From Bacilli bacterium (GTDB lineage Bacteria; Bacillota_I; Bacilli_A; ML615J-28; CAG-313): a DNA stretch of 64,000 nucleotides. Position numbers and translations under genes: made by a program. Location of the stretch: assembly GCA_017463365.1 (NCBI GenBank), contig JAFTPH010000052.1, positions 3,276 through 67,275 on the forward strand, written 5' to 3'. The notes below the pieces were generated by a model. That model saw only the letters and a program-made list of their open reading frames with translations. It was not told the DNA's origin and did no database searches. Positions 49,377 through 58,589 of this stretch are shown piece by piece; position 1 is the stretch's first letter; the number at the start of each line of letters is the position of its first letter.

Positions 49377-49450
49377 TGGCAGGGGCAGTAGGAATCGAAC
49401 CCACATTGACGGTTTTGGAGACCGGTGTACTACCGTTGTACGATGCCCCT
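49377..49450 (-). tRNA. tRNA-Trp (anticodon CCA)
   Basis: Manual fold: acceptor AGGGGCA/TGCCCCT, anticodon loop CTCCAAA, CCA encoded. 1-nt spacer to tRNA-His. Confidence 0.85.
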
Positions 49451-49473
49451 AGATAATTATCTCTAGCCAATAT

Positions 49474-49502
49474 ATTATATCAAAATTGTTATTTTATTGC
49501 AA
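49474..49502 (-). promoter_or_regulatory. sigma-A promoter TTGCAA-17-TATAAT for the Trp-His tRNA operon
   Basis: Read on the minus strand. Same architecture as the promoter at 43109-43137. Confidence 0.5.
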
Positions 49503-50072
49503 GTGTTTTACAAATAAATTACTTTTAAATCTATTTAAAATACCTATCAACTATATTCTTATCAACTAAAATTACAAAATATCTTTTAAAAAAGAAAAAA
49601 ACAAAGATATTTTAGATTTTTTTATTTATTTTTTATCTAATTTTAATATTTTTCGAAAGAGTAAAATTTTCACTTTTTGCGTATTATATAGGTGTAGAGG
49701 CAAAAATCATTATTATTCCCTTTCCAAATTTCTTGCCTCTACCTAATCAATCATTCCTATTATATATTTTATATGTAAACCCAAAGGAAATAATACTATT
49801 TCTTAGGCATTAGAGGGACAGGCAGCCCCATCAAGACAATTATCTATAGAACAGATTGTTGCTTCTTGAAAAAAAGTTAATATAGATTTTATTTTAACCT
49901 CTGCCCAGGGATTTGAACTCGCGTTTTATACATCTTTTATAAAAATACTGTAATTTAATTTTAAAAATAATCTTAAACAATATATTTAGGAATGATTATT
50001 ATATGTCAATATTTTTCTAGTTTTATATTGACATTTAAAAGCAACCCCTTTTTTAAAGAGGTTGCTTTTCTT

Positions 50073-51503
50073 TTAATGTCTAATATGTAAACGTCTATTT
50101 CTTTGCTTAATAGCTGATCTAATCATCACTACAGCAGTTATTAGAGCTAATACGATTACTGATGCCCAAGTAAGAGGAGTAAGTTCGTTGGCTTTGAAAT
50201 TTGCCCACATTTCTAGTACCGCATCATTTTTATCACCAAAGTCTTCCATTACCCCGCATCTAATAATTGTTTCATAATCTGGGTATTGAGCACTAAATTG
50301 ACGTCCAATATAATGCTCATCAATTGACACAAGGACTTTCCCATTTTCATCTTGATCAACTGTATTTCCAAAGAAATATGTTAAATCCATTTCTACTGCT
50401 GATTCTTCGCTTTCAGCTCCATACCAATCTACAATCATATCTAATACTTCTTGTCCTGCGATGGCACTAGTGTAACCAATTTTATTCATATTTAATACTG
50501 CAATCTCTGGACGAGATAAGAAATCTACAAAATCAGTTGCTAAAGCAATATTCGCACCTTTAGGCATAACCCATCCATCATACCACACATTGCTCCCTTC
50601 TTCAGGAACCGCATAAGCTAAAAGTTTGTCGTCTTCTTCTTCAGCTAAATCCATTGAGTATACCGCATCTCCACTCCAAGCAAGATTCATTGAAATCTTA
50701 CCAGAAACGATATCACTTTTACCACTATCCACTTCTAGCCCAAATAAATTTTCTTTTAATAATTTTAAATCAGTTTCCACTTTAGCAAGAGTATCATCAT
50801 CAGTACGATTCATAATAACATTAACTTGTTTATTATAATCTTCTTGAGAAATCTCCCCATTTAAATAAGCACTTCTTAAAGTATGGAGTTCTTCTTGATA
50901 AACATGCATTACCCCAACAAAATATGTATCACGTACACTATCTTTTGTTGTGGCCATATTTTGATATTTACTATCCCACATTACATTCCAAGTACTTACA
51001 TCTTTTTCATCTATCGCTTCTGGATTATATAATAACCCAACAGTTCCCCACATATATGGAACCGCATATTCTGTCCATCCATTTTTATCAAATAAATCTT
51101 TCAAATATGGAGAAGCATATTGATTATAGTAAGTTAGTTTAGATGTATCAAACTTTTCAAGCATTCCTTCCTTAATCATTTTTTGAATAGTATAATCAGA
51201 AGGACACGCTAAATCATACTGACTCTTACCAGTTTTTAACGTATTAAGCATTGTCTCTGGAGTTTCAAAAGTATCATATACTACTTCAACACTAACTCCT
51301 GTTCTCTTTTTGTAATCCGCAATCCATAAATCAATTACTGGTGTAGATATTTGATCCCCATTATCATCTAATCCATCATCAATGTAGTCTTGCCAGTTAT
51401 AAACTCTTAAAACAACTGATTCTGCTGCTGATACATAAAAAACATTTGTCCAAACAATTATCGAACTAATTAAAGTAAGCAAAACAAATAATAATTTTTT
51501 CAT
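50073..51503 (-). CDS. potD: spermidine/putrescine ABC transporter substrate-binding protein with a C-terminal TM anchor
   Basis: 476 aa with an N-terminal signal peptide, a PotD/PotF SBP fold and a C-terminal hydrophobic helix …LTWASVIVLALITAVVMI…. Confidence 0.8.
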   Translation of the reverse strand: MKKLLFVLLTLISSIIVWTNVFYVSAAESVVLRVYNWQDYIDDGLDDNGDQISTPVIDLWIADYKKRTGVSVEVVYDTFETPETMLNTLKTGKSQYDLACPSDYTIQKMIKEGMLEKFDTSKLTYYNQYASPYLKDLFDKNGWTEYAVPYMWGTVGLLYNPEAIDEKDVSTWNVMWDSKYQNMATTKDSVRDTYFVGVMHVYQEELHTLRSAYLNGEISQEDYNKQVNVIMNRTDDDTLAKVETDLKLLKENLFGLEVDSGKSDIVSGKISMNLAWSGDAVYSMDLAEEEDDKLLAYAVPEEGSNVWYDGWVMPKGANIALATDFVDFLSRPEIAVLNMNKIGYTSAIAGQEVLDMIVDWYGAESEESAVEMDLTYFFGNTVDQDENGKVLVSIDEHYIGRQFSAQYPDYETIIRCGVMEDFGDKNDAVLEMWANFKANELTPLTWASVIVLALITAVVMIRSAIKQRNRRLHIRH

Positions 51504-52285
51504 CGTCTTACCTCCTTTTTCTTACCCTTTAAATTTAAGAGAATCAATAATACAAGGGTTACAATAAAGATAATTGTTGTTAAAGCTCTTAAAGTTGGCG
51601 GCAATGCTCCTTTTTTAGCAGTTACCCCATATACATATGTACTGATAGTTTGAAAAGAATTGTTTCTTGTAAACGCAGTAATAATATAATCATCTAAAGA
51701 TAAAGTAACAGCTAAAATGAATCCAGATAAAATTCCCGGAATAATTTCAGGAATAACTACTTTTCTTAGAGCTGTTGAAGGCTTAGCACCTAAATCTAAA
51801 GCCGCTTCATACACATTAGAATCCATTTGTTTAAGTTTTGGCGTAATACTTAGCACAACAAACGGAATTGTTAAAATAATGTGTCCTATCATTAATGTAA
51901 TAAAATTAAATTTAATTCCTAAAAATACAAAAAGAATTGTAAGTGACAACGCTGTAACGATTTCAGGATTTAAAATAGGAATTTGACCAATAAATTCAAA
52001 AGTACGACGCACTTTTTTCTTACAATAAAAAATTCCAATCGCTCCTAACGTTCCAAGAATTGTCGAAACAACCGCTGAAGATAACGCAATTAATACAGTA
52101 TTCTTCAAAGCTTCCATTATTTCCTTATTCTTAAATAGACTTGTATACAACTCTAAACTAAATCCACTCCAATCTCCAATTAACGTAGAAGTTGTAAAAC
52201 TAAACGCAATTAGAACAAAAATAGGAGCATACATCAAACACAAAATTAACGCAACATAACTTTTTGCAAAAATCTTTTTTACCAT
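51500..52285 (-). CDS. potC: spermidine/putrescine ABC transporter permease
   Basis: 261 aa, 6 TM, with the EAA-loop region (…EAALDLGAKPSTALRKV…). Confidence 0.85.
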   Translation of the reverse strand: MVKKIFAKSYVALILCLMYAPIFVLIAFSFTTSTLIGDWSGFSLELYTSLFKNKEIMEALKNTVLIALSSAVVSTILGTLGAIGIFYCKKKVRRTFEFIGQIPILNPEIVTALSLTILFVFLGIKFNFITLMIGHIILTIPFVVLSITPKLKQMDSNVYEAALDLGAKPSTALRKVVIPEIIPGILSGFILAVTLSLDDYIITAFTRNNSFQTISTYVYGVTAKKGALPPTLRALTTIIFIVTLVLLILLNLKGKKKEVRR

Positions 52286-53076
52286 AAGCTACCTCTTGCA
52301 TCTTCTTGTTTTTCAACGTTTCTAGTCATAAAACTTGTAATTAAAATAATGATCATCATCACTAACGCGATAAAGCTTCCCATATTCCATAAACTCTTGT
52401 CAAAATAAGTTTGAATAGTATTACCGATTAATGATATTTGACGTTCACCCATAACGTCACTAATAACATATGATGACATTGTTGGCATAAATACCATTGA
52501 AGCAGCCGAAACAATTCCCGGCATCGTCATCGGAATAATTGTTTTAACGAAAGTTTGGACTTTATTACAACCTAAATCCATTGAAGCCTCTATTAACGAA
52601 CGATCCATTTTTAACATTGTCGTATATAATGGTAGAATGACAAATGGTAAATAGTTATAAACCATTCCAATCATTGTTGCTGAATATGGTTGTTCTCCCC
52701 CACTAATTCCAAGCCAAAATAGTAAGTCACGGGTTGCGGCTGTACGTAAAACAAAGTTTATCCACATTGGCATAACAAAAAGCATTACAAATACGCCACC
52801 AAACTTATATTCTTTTTTAGCTAAAATCATTGCTACTGGATATCCAATTAATAAACATAAAGCAGTAGTCGCTACCCCAATTAGAATACTTATAACAAAG
52901 GTATTTAAATTTGTTGAATTTGAAAAGAAAGTAACAACATTCCCTAAAGAGAAATTTCCTTCTGCGTCCGTAAAAGCATAAAAGACAACTAGAAGTAGCG
53001 GTATAACTACAAATAGAATCATAAATACCGCATAAGGTATTGATAACATTTTACGAGTGAATTTAATCTTTGACAT
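52279..53076 (-). CDS. potB: spermidine/putrescine ABC transporter permease
   Basis: 265 aa with an EAA motif (…EASMDLGCNKVQTFVK…). Confidence 0.85.
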   Translation of the reverse strand: MSKIKFTRKMLSIPYAVFMILFVVIPLLLVVFYAFTDAEGNFSLGNVVTFFSNSTNLNTFVISILIGVATTALCLLIGYPVAMILAKKEYKFGGVFVMLFVMPMWINFVLRTAATRDLLFWLGISGGEQPYSATMIGMVYNYLPFVILPLYTTMLKMDRSLIEASMDLGCNKVQTFVKTIIPMTMPGIVSAASMVFMPTMSSYVISDVMGERQISLIGNTIQTYFDKSLWNMGSFIALVMMIIILITSFMTRNVEKQEDARGSLW

Positions 53077-54586
53077 AATTCTTCGCCTCTTGTTTTAATG
53101 TCATCTTTATCTTTTCTTTAGCAATCTTAACTGATACTCTATCTAGTTCATTCCATGTATATTCTGTATCAACTACAAAGTCTTCATCTTCTTCAGTTCT
53201 AACAATTACTTGGTAATGGTCTCCTTTATAAATAATAGAAACTATTTCACCTGTAATATTACCTTCTTCTTCATCATCAGCAATTTCGATATCTTTTAAT
53301 CCAACTTCAACTTTAACATCTGCATCAGTTAGATCATAACGTTTTCCATCTTTATCTACTAAATATCCATCTTCATCTAAAACAGTTCCAGGAATAAGTT
53401 GAGTAACATCACACTCAAATGGTTCTTCTGAAATAACAACTTTATTATTTTTATCAATATAAGCGTCATACATATTACTAACAAATTCTTTTTTCATGAT
53501 ATGAATGTCAAAAGGAACAACCGAAATACTAGCCTCACAATTAATATCTAAATTACGAGTATCTTGAATTACTACTTCACTTCTACCAACCATCATTACA
53601 TATTCGTAATGAACCCCTTTAAACACTTTACTAGTCAATTTCCCATTAACCATTCCTTGATTAACCGGTGCAAGTTTAATATCTTCTGGACGAAGAACAA
53701 CGTCAACTTTTTCATGAATTGGGAATTCATCAACACAATCAAAAACATGATTTAAGAAACGAATCTTCTTATCCCCAACCATTGTACCTTCATATATATT
53801 ACTTTCCCCAATAAAGTCAGCAACAAAGGCATTTTCTGGTTCATTATATATGTCTTCTGGCGTACCAATTTGTTGAATCATACCATCTTTCATAATAACA
53901 ATTGTATCAGACATTGTTAGGGCTTCCTCTTGGTCATGTGTTACATAAATAAATGTAATTCCTAATTTACGATGCATTTCTTTTAATTCAAGTTGCATTT
54001 CTTTACGCATCTTTAAGTCTAAAGCTCCAAGCGGTTCATCAAGCAATAAAATTTCTGGTTCATTAACAATCGCACGTGCAATCGCAATACGCTGTTGTTG
54101 TCCACCAGATAAAGTTGAGATATCACGCCATTCAAGTTCTTCTAAGTCAACAATACGTAGAGCTTTACGAACCTTTTCATCTATTTCTTCTCTTGTTAAT
54201 TTTCGCTCTATTTCCTTAACATTACCTTTTTTGTCAGTAACTGTAGCTTTAATTTTTTTAAGTTTTAATCCGAAGGCAACATTTTCATAAACATCTAAAT
54301 GAGGAAAAAGTGCATAACGTTGGAAAACCGTGTTAACTGGACGTTTATATGGTGGAAGATTAGTAATATCTTCGCCATTTAATAATATCTTCCCTGATGT
54401 GGGCATTTCGAATCCCGCAATCATTCTAAGCGTTGTTGTTTTCCCACATCCTGATGGACCTAAGAAAGTAACAAATTCACCCTTTTTAATATATAAATTA
54501 AAATCATCAACAACTAAAACATCATCAAATTCTTTTGATACATTTTGAATGCTAATAATAATATCGTCTTTTTTTGCCATAATCAT
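53063..54586 (-). CDS. potA: spermidine/putrescine ABC transporter ATP-binding protein with an extended C-terminus
   Basis: Walker A GPSGCGKTT, signature LSGGQQQR and Walker B LLLDEPLGALD. 507 aa versus about 370 typical (extra acidic TOBE-like region). Confidence 0.85.
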   Translation of the reverse strand: MIMAKKDDIIISIQNVSKEFDDVLVVDDFNLYIKKGEFVTFLGPSGCGKTTTLRMIAGFEMPTSGKILLNGEDITNLPPYKRPVNTVFQRYALFPHLDVYENVAFGLKLKKIKATVTDKKGNVKEIERKLTREEIDEKVRKALRIVDLEELEWRDISTLSGGQQQRIAIARAIVNEPEILLLDEPLGALDLKMRKEMQLELKEMHRKLGITFIYVTHDQEEALTMSDTIVIMKDGMIQQIGTPEDIYNEPENAFVADFIGESNIYEGTMVGDKKIRFLNHVFDCVDEFPIHEKVDVVLRPEDIKLAPVNQGMVNGKLTSKVFKGVHYEYVMMVGRSEVVIQDTRNLDINCEASISVVPFDIHIMKKEFVSNMYDAYIDKNNKVVISEEPFECDVTQLIPGTVLDEDGYLVDKDGKRYDLTDADVKVEVGLKDIEIADDEEEGNITGEIVSIIYKGDHYQVIVRTEEDEDFVVDTEYTWNELDRVSVKIAKEKIKMTLKQEAKNYVKD

Positions 54587-54596
54587 TTACCTCGTC

Positions 54597-55130
54597 TTAA
54601 AAATTAGGTGGGCTGCTTACCCATATTAATTTTACCGGTTTATTGGTATTGTTCTTCAAATAATGATCTTTGCTTGTAGCAAAATAGAAAGATTCACCCT
54701 TTTGACAAACAACTGTTTTATTACCATAAACAACTGTTACTTTTCCTTCTAAAACATATCCAAATTCTTCACCCTCATGTGGCATATCTTTATCACTTAA
54801 CGCGTGAGGCGCAAGTTCAAATAAGATAGGCTCCATTTCATTTTTTTGGCTATTAGGAACAAGCCAAGTTATTTTATAATGATCTTCTTCTTTAACAAAA
54901 TAATCTTCTTCAGTAAAAACAATATCATCCTCATCTTCATCACTAAAGAAAGTTTTAAGGTTTGTTCCTAGGGCCGATAAAATGTCCGTCAGTGTACTAA
55001 TAGAAGGACTGGTTAAATCATTTTCTAATTGAGAAATATATCCCTTTGTTAAGTCACATCTATTGGCTAGTTCTTCTTGTGTAAAACCACACAAACTCCT
55101 CAACCCTTTAATTTTAGTACCTATAGTCAT
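54597..55130 (-). CDS. XRE-family HTH plus cupin-domain transcriptional regulator (PuuR-like), upstream of potABCD
   Basis: The ATG at 55130 (MTIGTKIKGLRS…) has a GGGAGGTG RBS. N-terminal HTH_3 and C-terminal cupin (…GEEFGYVLEGKV…). Confidence 0.7.
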   Translation of the reverse strand: MTIGTKIKGLRSLCGFTQEELANRCDLTKGYISQLENDLTSPSISTLTDILSALGTNLKTFFSDEDEDDIVFTEEDYFVKEEDHYKITWLVPNSQKNEMEPILFELAPHALSDKDMPHEGEEFGYVLEGKVTVVYGNKTVVCQKGESFYFATSKDHYLKNNTNKPVKLIWVSSPPNF

Positions 55131-55299
55131 TTCATCACACCTCCCAAAAACAAAAAAATTGTAAAAAATTATAAGCAAACATCTTATAACAGTTTTACAA
55201 TATTAAACCAAAAGTTTAGTAATATTAAACTAGTAATATTATATATTATTGTCTATAAATAATCAACTAAAAATATAAAAAAAATAGAAGAAAACTCTT

Positions 55300-55671
55300 C
55301 TATTCTTTACTTTCAAATGTTTTACACATTGTTGTGGCATTTTTCCAATATCCTTCATGATATTTAGATTCTGTATCTTGATATTTTTGATTAACAGTAT
55401 CCACATTTTTGATTTCAATTTTGTCCGCTTGACATACAGAGTCATGTTCAAAAACACAGTTTGTGGCATCACAATATACAAAGGTATTTGCAGGAGCTTC
55501 AATTTTTGAAGCTTCAACATTATAATTAATATTCCCCCTTTGAACATAACTTAAACAAGCGGTTTCTTTTTTACTTCTAGCCATTGGTCCTTCTACATCA
55601 ATTGAACCACGATGACAGCAATGATTTCCGTTATAAGCACATTGTCCTACTTCACATTTTAATTTTGGCAT
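55300..55671 (-). CDS. DUF1540 domain protein (Cys/His-rich, two copies of the domain)
   Basis: MPKLKCEVGQCAYNGNHCC… and a second CDATNCVFEHDSVC copy. The ATG at 55671 has an AAAGGAAG RBS. Confidence 0.55.
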   Translation of the reverse strand: MPKLKCEVGQCAYNGNHCCHRGSIDVEGPMARSKKETACLSYVQRGNINYNVEASKIEAPANTFVYCDATNCVFEHDSVCQADKIEIKNVDTVNQKYQDTESKYHEGYWKNATTMCKTFESKE

Positions 55672-55733
55672 AAAAAAAACTTCCTTTCTTTTCAATATTT
55701 TTTACCTTTTAAAAATAATTATACATATATTAG

Positions 55734-55762
55734 TTGACAATTTTAATTTTTTTTAGTATAAT
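55734..55762 (+). promoter_or_regulatory. consensus sigma-A promoter TTGACA-17-TATAAT for the tRNA-Ser/tRNA-Glu operon
   Basis: Perfect hexamers with 17-nt spacing. The tRNA-Ser 5' end lies 13 nt downstream of the -10. Confidence 0.6.
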
Positions 55763-55774
55763 AATATGGCAAAT

Positions 55775-55865
55775 GGAGTAGTACTCAAGAGGCTGAAGAG
55801 GCGCCCCTGCTAAGGGTGTAGGTCGGGAAACTGGCGCAAGGGTTCAAATCCCTTCTACTCCGCCA
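55775..55865 (+). tRNA. tRNA-Ser (anticodon GCU), class II with a long variable arm
   Basis: Manual fold: acceptor GGAGTAG/CTACTCC, 3-bp D-stem, anticodon loop CTGCTAA, T-arm AAGGG-TTCAAAT-CCCTT, CCA encoded. Confidence 0.85.
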
Positions 55866-55874
55866 TTCATAATT

Positions 55875-55951
55875 GGTCCGTTGGAGAAGCGGCTTAACTC
55901 ACATGCCTTTCACGCATGCATTCACGGGTTCGAATCCCGTACGGACTACCA
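55875..55951 (+). tRNA. tRNA-Glu (anticodon UUC)
   Basis: Manual fold: anticodon stem CATGC/GCATG, loop CTTTCAC, T-arm ACGGG-TTCGAAT-CCCGT, CCA encoded. Confidence 0.85.
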
Positions 55952-55963
55952 TTTAGAATTTAA

Positions 55964-55992
55964 AGTCACTTGTAAAAGTGGCTTTTTTATTT
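55964..55992 (+). terminator. terminator hairpin (AAGTCACTT-gtaa-AAGTGGCTT followed by TTTTTTATTTT) after tRNA-Glu
   Basis: Stem with one wobble pair followed by a T-run. Confidence 0.5.
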
Positions 55993-56012
55993 TGAGAACC
56001 CGTGAAAAACCC

Positions 56013-56036
56013 TTGCGCCGTCATTTGCGCCGTCAT
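56013..56036. repeat. two perfect tandem copies of the GC-rich 12-mer TTGCGCCGTCAT
   Basis: Read directly. Unusual GC-rich motif in an AT-rich intergenic region upstream of the XRE gene. Confidence 0.85.
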
Positions 56037-56122
56037 TTTAATCACATCAAAAATTCAATTGACAATTGAATACTTTCTAAATTCTAGTTATTGATTAATT
56101 CAATTAAATATTATATAATTTT

Positions 56123-56142
56123 AATAGAAACTAGTTTCTATT
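56123..56142. promoter_or_regulatory. perfect 20-bp palindrome AATAGAAACTAGTTTCTATT at the predicted TSS of the XRE regulator gene (candidate auto-operator)
   Basis: 10+10 perfect inverted repeat. A TTGATT-17-TATAAT promoter at 56091-56119 places the TSS inside it. A second palindrome ATTCAATTG-a-CAATTGAAT lies at 56053-56071. Confidence 0.5.
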
Positions 56143-56175
56143 GTAGCTACACAACATTTTATAGGAGGAAAAATT

Positions 56176-56673
56176 ATGAACGAGATTGGTCAATTTATTA
56201 AAAAATTAAGAAAAGAAAAAGGTATGACACAAACACAACTTGCTGAAAAACTAAATATATCTTTTCAATCAGTATCAAAGTGGGAAATCGGTGAAACATT
56301 ACCCGATACAAATATTCTTTTATCATTATGTGATGTATTAAATACAACAGTCGATACTTTATTAAATGGTGGTAATTTAATAAATAAACAAAGAAAAATA
56401 ATTAAAGTAGAAGCGATAGTTGAAGGATTTAAACATTTAGAAAAAGTTAAAAATTCTTTTGGTGAAGATAGCTATTTTTATAAAGGCATTGTTGAAGGAA
56501 TTAGCAAAAAAATGAATTTTAATTTTGAAGAGACATTAAATACAAATCCTGAAGTTTTATATACAGAAGTTGTTTTAGGATATTTAACTAACGGATATAC
56601 TGTTGATATGGAAGAAGTAAAAGTATGGATACATAATGATAAATATATTAAAGAAATTAAAAAACGAATGTAA
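56176..56673 (+). CDS. XRE-family HTH transcriptional regulator with an uncharacterised C-terminal domain
   Basis: N-terminal HTH_3 (…LRKEKGMTQTQLAEKLNISFQSVSKWE…). TAGGAGGAA RBS. Confidence 0.65.
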   Translation: MNEIGQFIKKLRKEKGMTQTQLAEKLNISFQSVSKWEIGETLPDTNILLSLCDVLNTTVDTLLNGGNLINKQRKIIKVEAIVEGFKHLEKVKNSFGEDSYFYKGIVEGISKKMNFNFEETLNTNPEVLYTEVVLGYLTNGYTVDMEEVKVWIHNDKYIKEIKKRM

Positions 56674-56840
56674 TACTATATAGTTAGATAATTACCAAAT
56701 AGCTATAAAGATAAAATAATAATTGGGAAAGATAATTTAGGCTAATATATAAGTGTCCTTTTTACGAAATATACAAAGTTTCAATTTTTATAAAAAACAA
56801 AAAACTGAGATACTTTTGAAAATTCTCAGTTTTTATTATT

Positions 56841-57620
56841 TTATCCAAGTATAATATCTAAAATCATCATTAATGAAAATCCTATTGCGAAAAAGATCGT
56901 ACCAATATGTGAATGTTTTCCTTTTGACATTTCTGGAATTAATTCTTCTACAACAACATATATCATTGCTCCAGCAGCAAAACTTAACATATATGGTAAA
57001 ATCGGAGTGATAAAACTCGCTAGCAATAAAGTTAAAACTGCTCCTAGTGGTTCAACAATACCTGATAAAACCCCCAACAAGAAAGTTTTACTCCTTTTTA
57101 TTCCACAATCGTGAAGTGGCAAAGAGATAATTGCCCCTTCTGGAAAATTTTGAATTGCAATACCGATAGCTAAAGCAATCGCCATTGAAAGTGGAACAAC
57201 ACTAGTTTCATCCTGAGCCGAAGCCAAAACAATTCCTACTGCCATTCCCTCAGGTAGATTATGTAACGCTACTGCTAAAGCAGTCATTGTTGATTTTTTA
57301 AAATTACATTTAGGTCCTTCTGTTTCATCTGAATCAATATGAACATGTGGAACGACTTTATCTAAAATCATTAAGAATAAAAATCCTAGCCATAATCCGA
57401 TAATAACTGGAATAAATGATAGTTTCCCCATATCAGCTGATGCATCAAATGAAGGTAAAATTAAACTCCAAATTGCTGCAGCAACCATCACACCAGCAGC
57501 AAAACCAGAAAAAGCTCTTTGTACATTATCGCTCAATCTTTTGCGAACAAAGAAAACAGTCGCAGCACCTAAAACGGTTCCAATAAAAGGAATAATAACA
57601 CTAAATATTGTTTCAAACAT
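56841..57620 (-). CDS. ZIP-family metal (zinc) transporter
   Basis: 259 aa with 8 TM and the ZIP signature HNLPEGMAVG. Confidence 0.8.
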   Translation of the reverse strand: MFETIFSVIIPFIGTVLGAATVFFVRKRLSDNVQRAFSGFAAGVMVAAAIWSLILPSFDASADMGKLSFIPVIIGLWLGFLFLMILDKVVPHVHIDSDETEGPKCNFKKSTMTALAVALHNLPEGMAVGIVLASAQDETSVVPLSMAIALAIGIAIQNFPEGAIISLPLHDCGIKRSKTFLLGVLSGIVEPLGAVLTLLLASFITPILPYMLSFAAGAMIYVVVEELIPEMSKGKHSHIGTIFFAIGFSLMMILDIILG

Positions 57621-57628
57621 AATAACAC

Positions 57629-58096
57629 CTATTCTGGATAAACAAATCGCTTGTTTTCCTTTAAATCTTGTTTATATTTTTTTATATAGTACTTAGCCAT
57701 ATCTAAATTTTGTTCAGAATAATTCCCGCATTCAATTGGTGTTGCTCCAGGAATACTTCCTACAAAATTAATAATAAAATCACACATTTCGATAACTAAA
57801 TCAAAAATATCAGCAGGATTTTTATCACCAAACATAACAATATAACATCCAGTTCTGCACCCCATTGGTCCAAAGTAAACGACGTCTTCTTTTTGTTTAG
57901 AGTTTCTAAGAAAGGTTGCTGCTAAATGTTCAATAGTATGTAAAGCTGGTGTATCAATTACTGGTTCTATATTTGGAGCAGTAATCCGCATATCGAAAGT
58001 AGTAACAAAACAACCTTCTTTTGCATCTTTTCTTGATACATATAAGCCAGGTAATAACCTTAAATGATTAATTGTAAAACTTGTTATTTTTTCCAT
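57629..58096 (-). CDS. luxS: S-ribosylhomocysteine lyase
   Basis: 155 aa with the HTIEHL metal site motif and …GPMGCRTGCY…. Confidence 0.9.
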   Translation of the reverse strand: MEKITSFTINHLRLLPGLYVSRKDAKEGCFVTTFDMRITAPNIEPVIDTPALHTIEHLAATFLRNSKQKEDVVYFGPMGCRTGCYIVMFGDKNPADIFDLVIEMCDFIINFVGSIPGATPIECGNYSEQNLDMAKYYIKKYKQDLKENKRFVYPE

Positions 58097-58131
58097 TACG
58101 TTCTCCTTATTATAAAAAGATTAACTCATCA

Positions 58132-58491
58132 TCAATCTTTAATAAATGCCTTAAAATAAGCCAATAATTCCTCATTTACGACATGTTCTATTCGACATGC
58201 ATTTTCCTCAGCTAAATCTCCTGGTACCCCTATTTTTGTTAACACATGAGTTATAACATTATGGCGTTCATATATTTCTTTTGCTCTTGCAAGACCTTTA
58301 TCAGTGAAATCTATTAATCCCTTTGTAATAGTAATATATTCTCTAGTTTTTAATAAATTGATAGCCCTTGAAACACTTGCACGAGAATAATTAAGCGTAT
58401 TAGCAACATCAATCGAACGAACATTATTATATTGTTCTTTTAATAATAAAATTGTTTCAAGATACATTTCTTCTGATTCACGATACTTCAT
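58132..58491 (-). CDS. DtxR/MntR-family metal-dependent transcriptional repressor
   Basis: The Met at 58491 (MKYRESEEMYLETILLL…) is the likely start. wHTH …VANTLNYSRASVSRAINLL…. The track GTG start at 58524 lacks an RBS. Confidence 0.7.
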   Translation of the reverse strand: MKYRESEEMYLETILLLKEQYNNVRSIDVANTLNYSRASVSRAINLLKTREYITITKGLIDFTDKGLARAKEIYERHNVITHVLTKIGVPGDLAEENACRIEHVVNEELLAYFKAFIKD

Positions 58492-58564
58492 ATAATACAC
58501 ATCCTTGTATTTTAATTTTATCACATTTATATTAATTTTTCAATTGAATTAAATATCTTAAAAG

Positions 58565-58589
58565 AAAAAAGCCCTAAAGGGCTTTTTTT
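58565..58589. terminator. bidirectional terminator AAGCCC-taaa-GGGCTT with T/A runs
   Basis: Hairpin read directly, 3' of the LRR protein gene. Confidence 0.6.

Noticed and set aside
49500-50070. Possible structured ncRNA (6S, SRP, tmRNA or RNase P) in the 620-bp gap between the tRNA-His/Trp operon and potD
   Set aside because: No conserved signature sequences of these RNAs were seen (e.g. no GGAAAGUCCGG for RNase P, no tmRNA 3' end). Only isolated hairpins and the potD terminator are present.
55077-55262. 61-aa plus-strand ORF
   Set aside because: Overlaps the 5' end and leader of the PuuR-like regulator gene on the opposite strand. No RBS.
55263-55547. 94-aa minus-strand ORF overlapping the DUF1540 gene in another frame
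   Set aside because: The DUF1540 reading frame (55300-55671) has the conserved Cys/His pattern and an RBS. The overlapping frame is low-complexity.
55881-56069. 62-aa plus-strand ORF
   Set aside because: It is the translation of tRNA-Glu and the terminator/operator region. Not coding.
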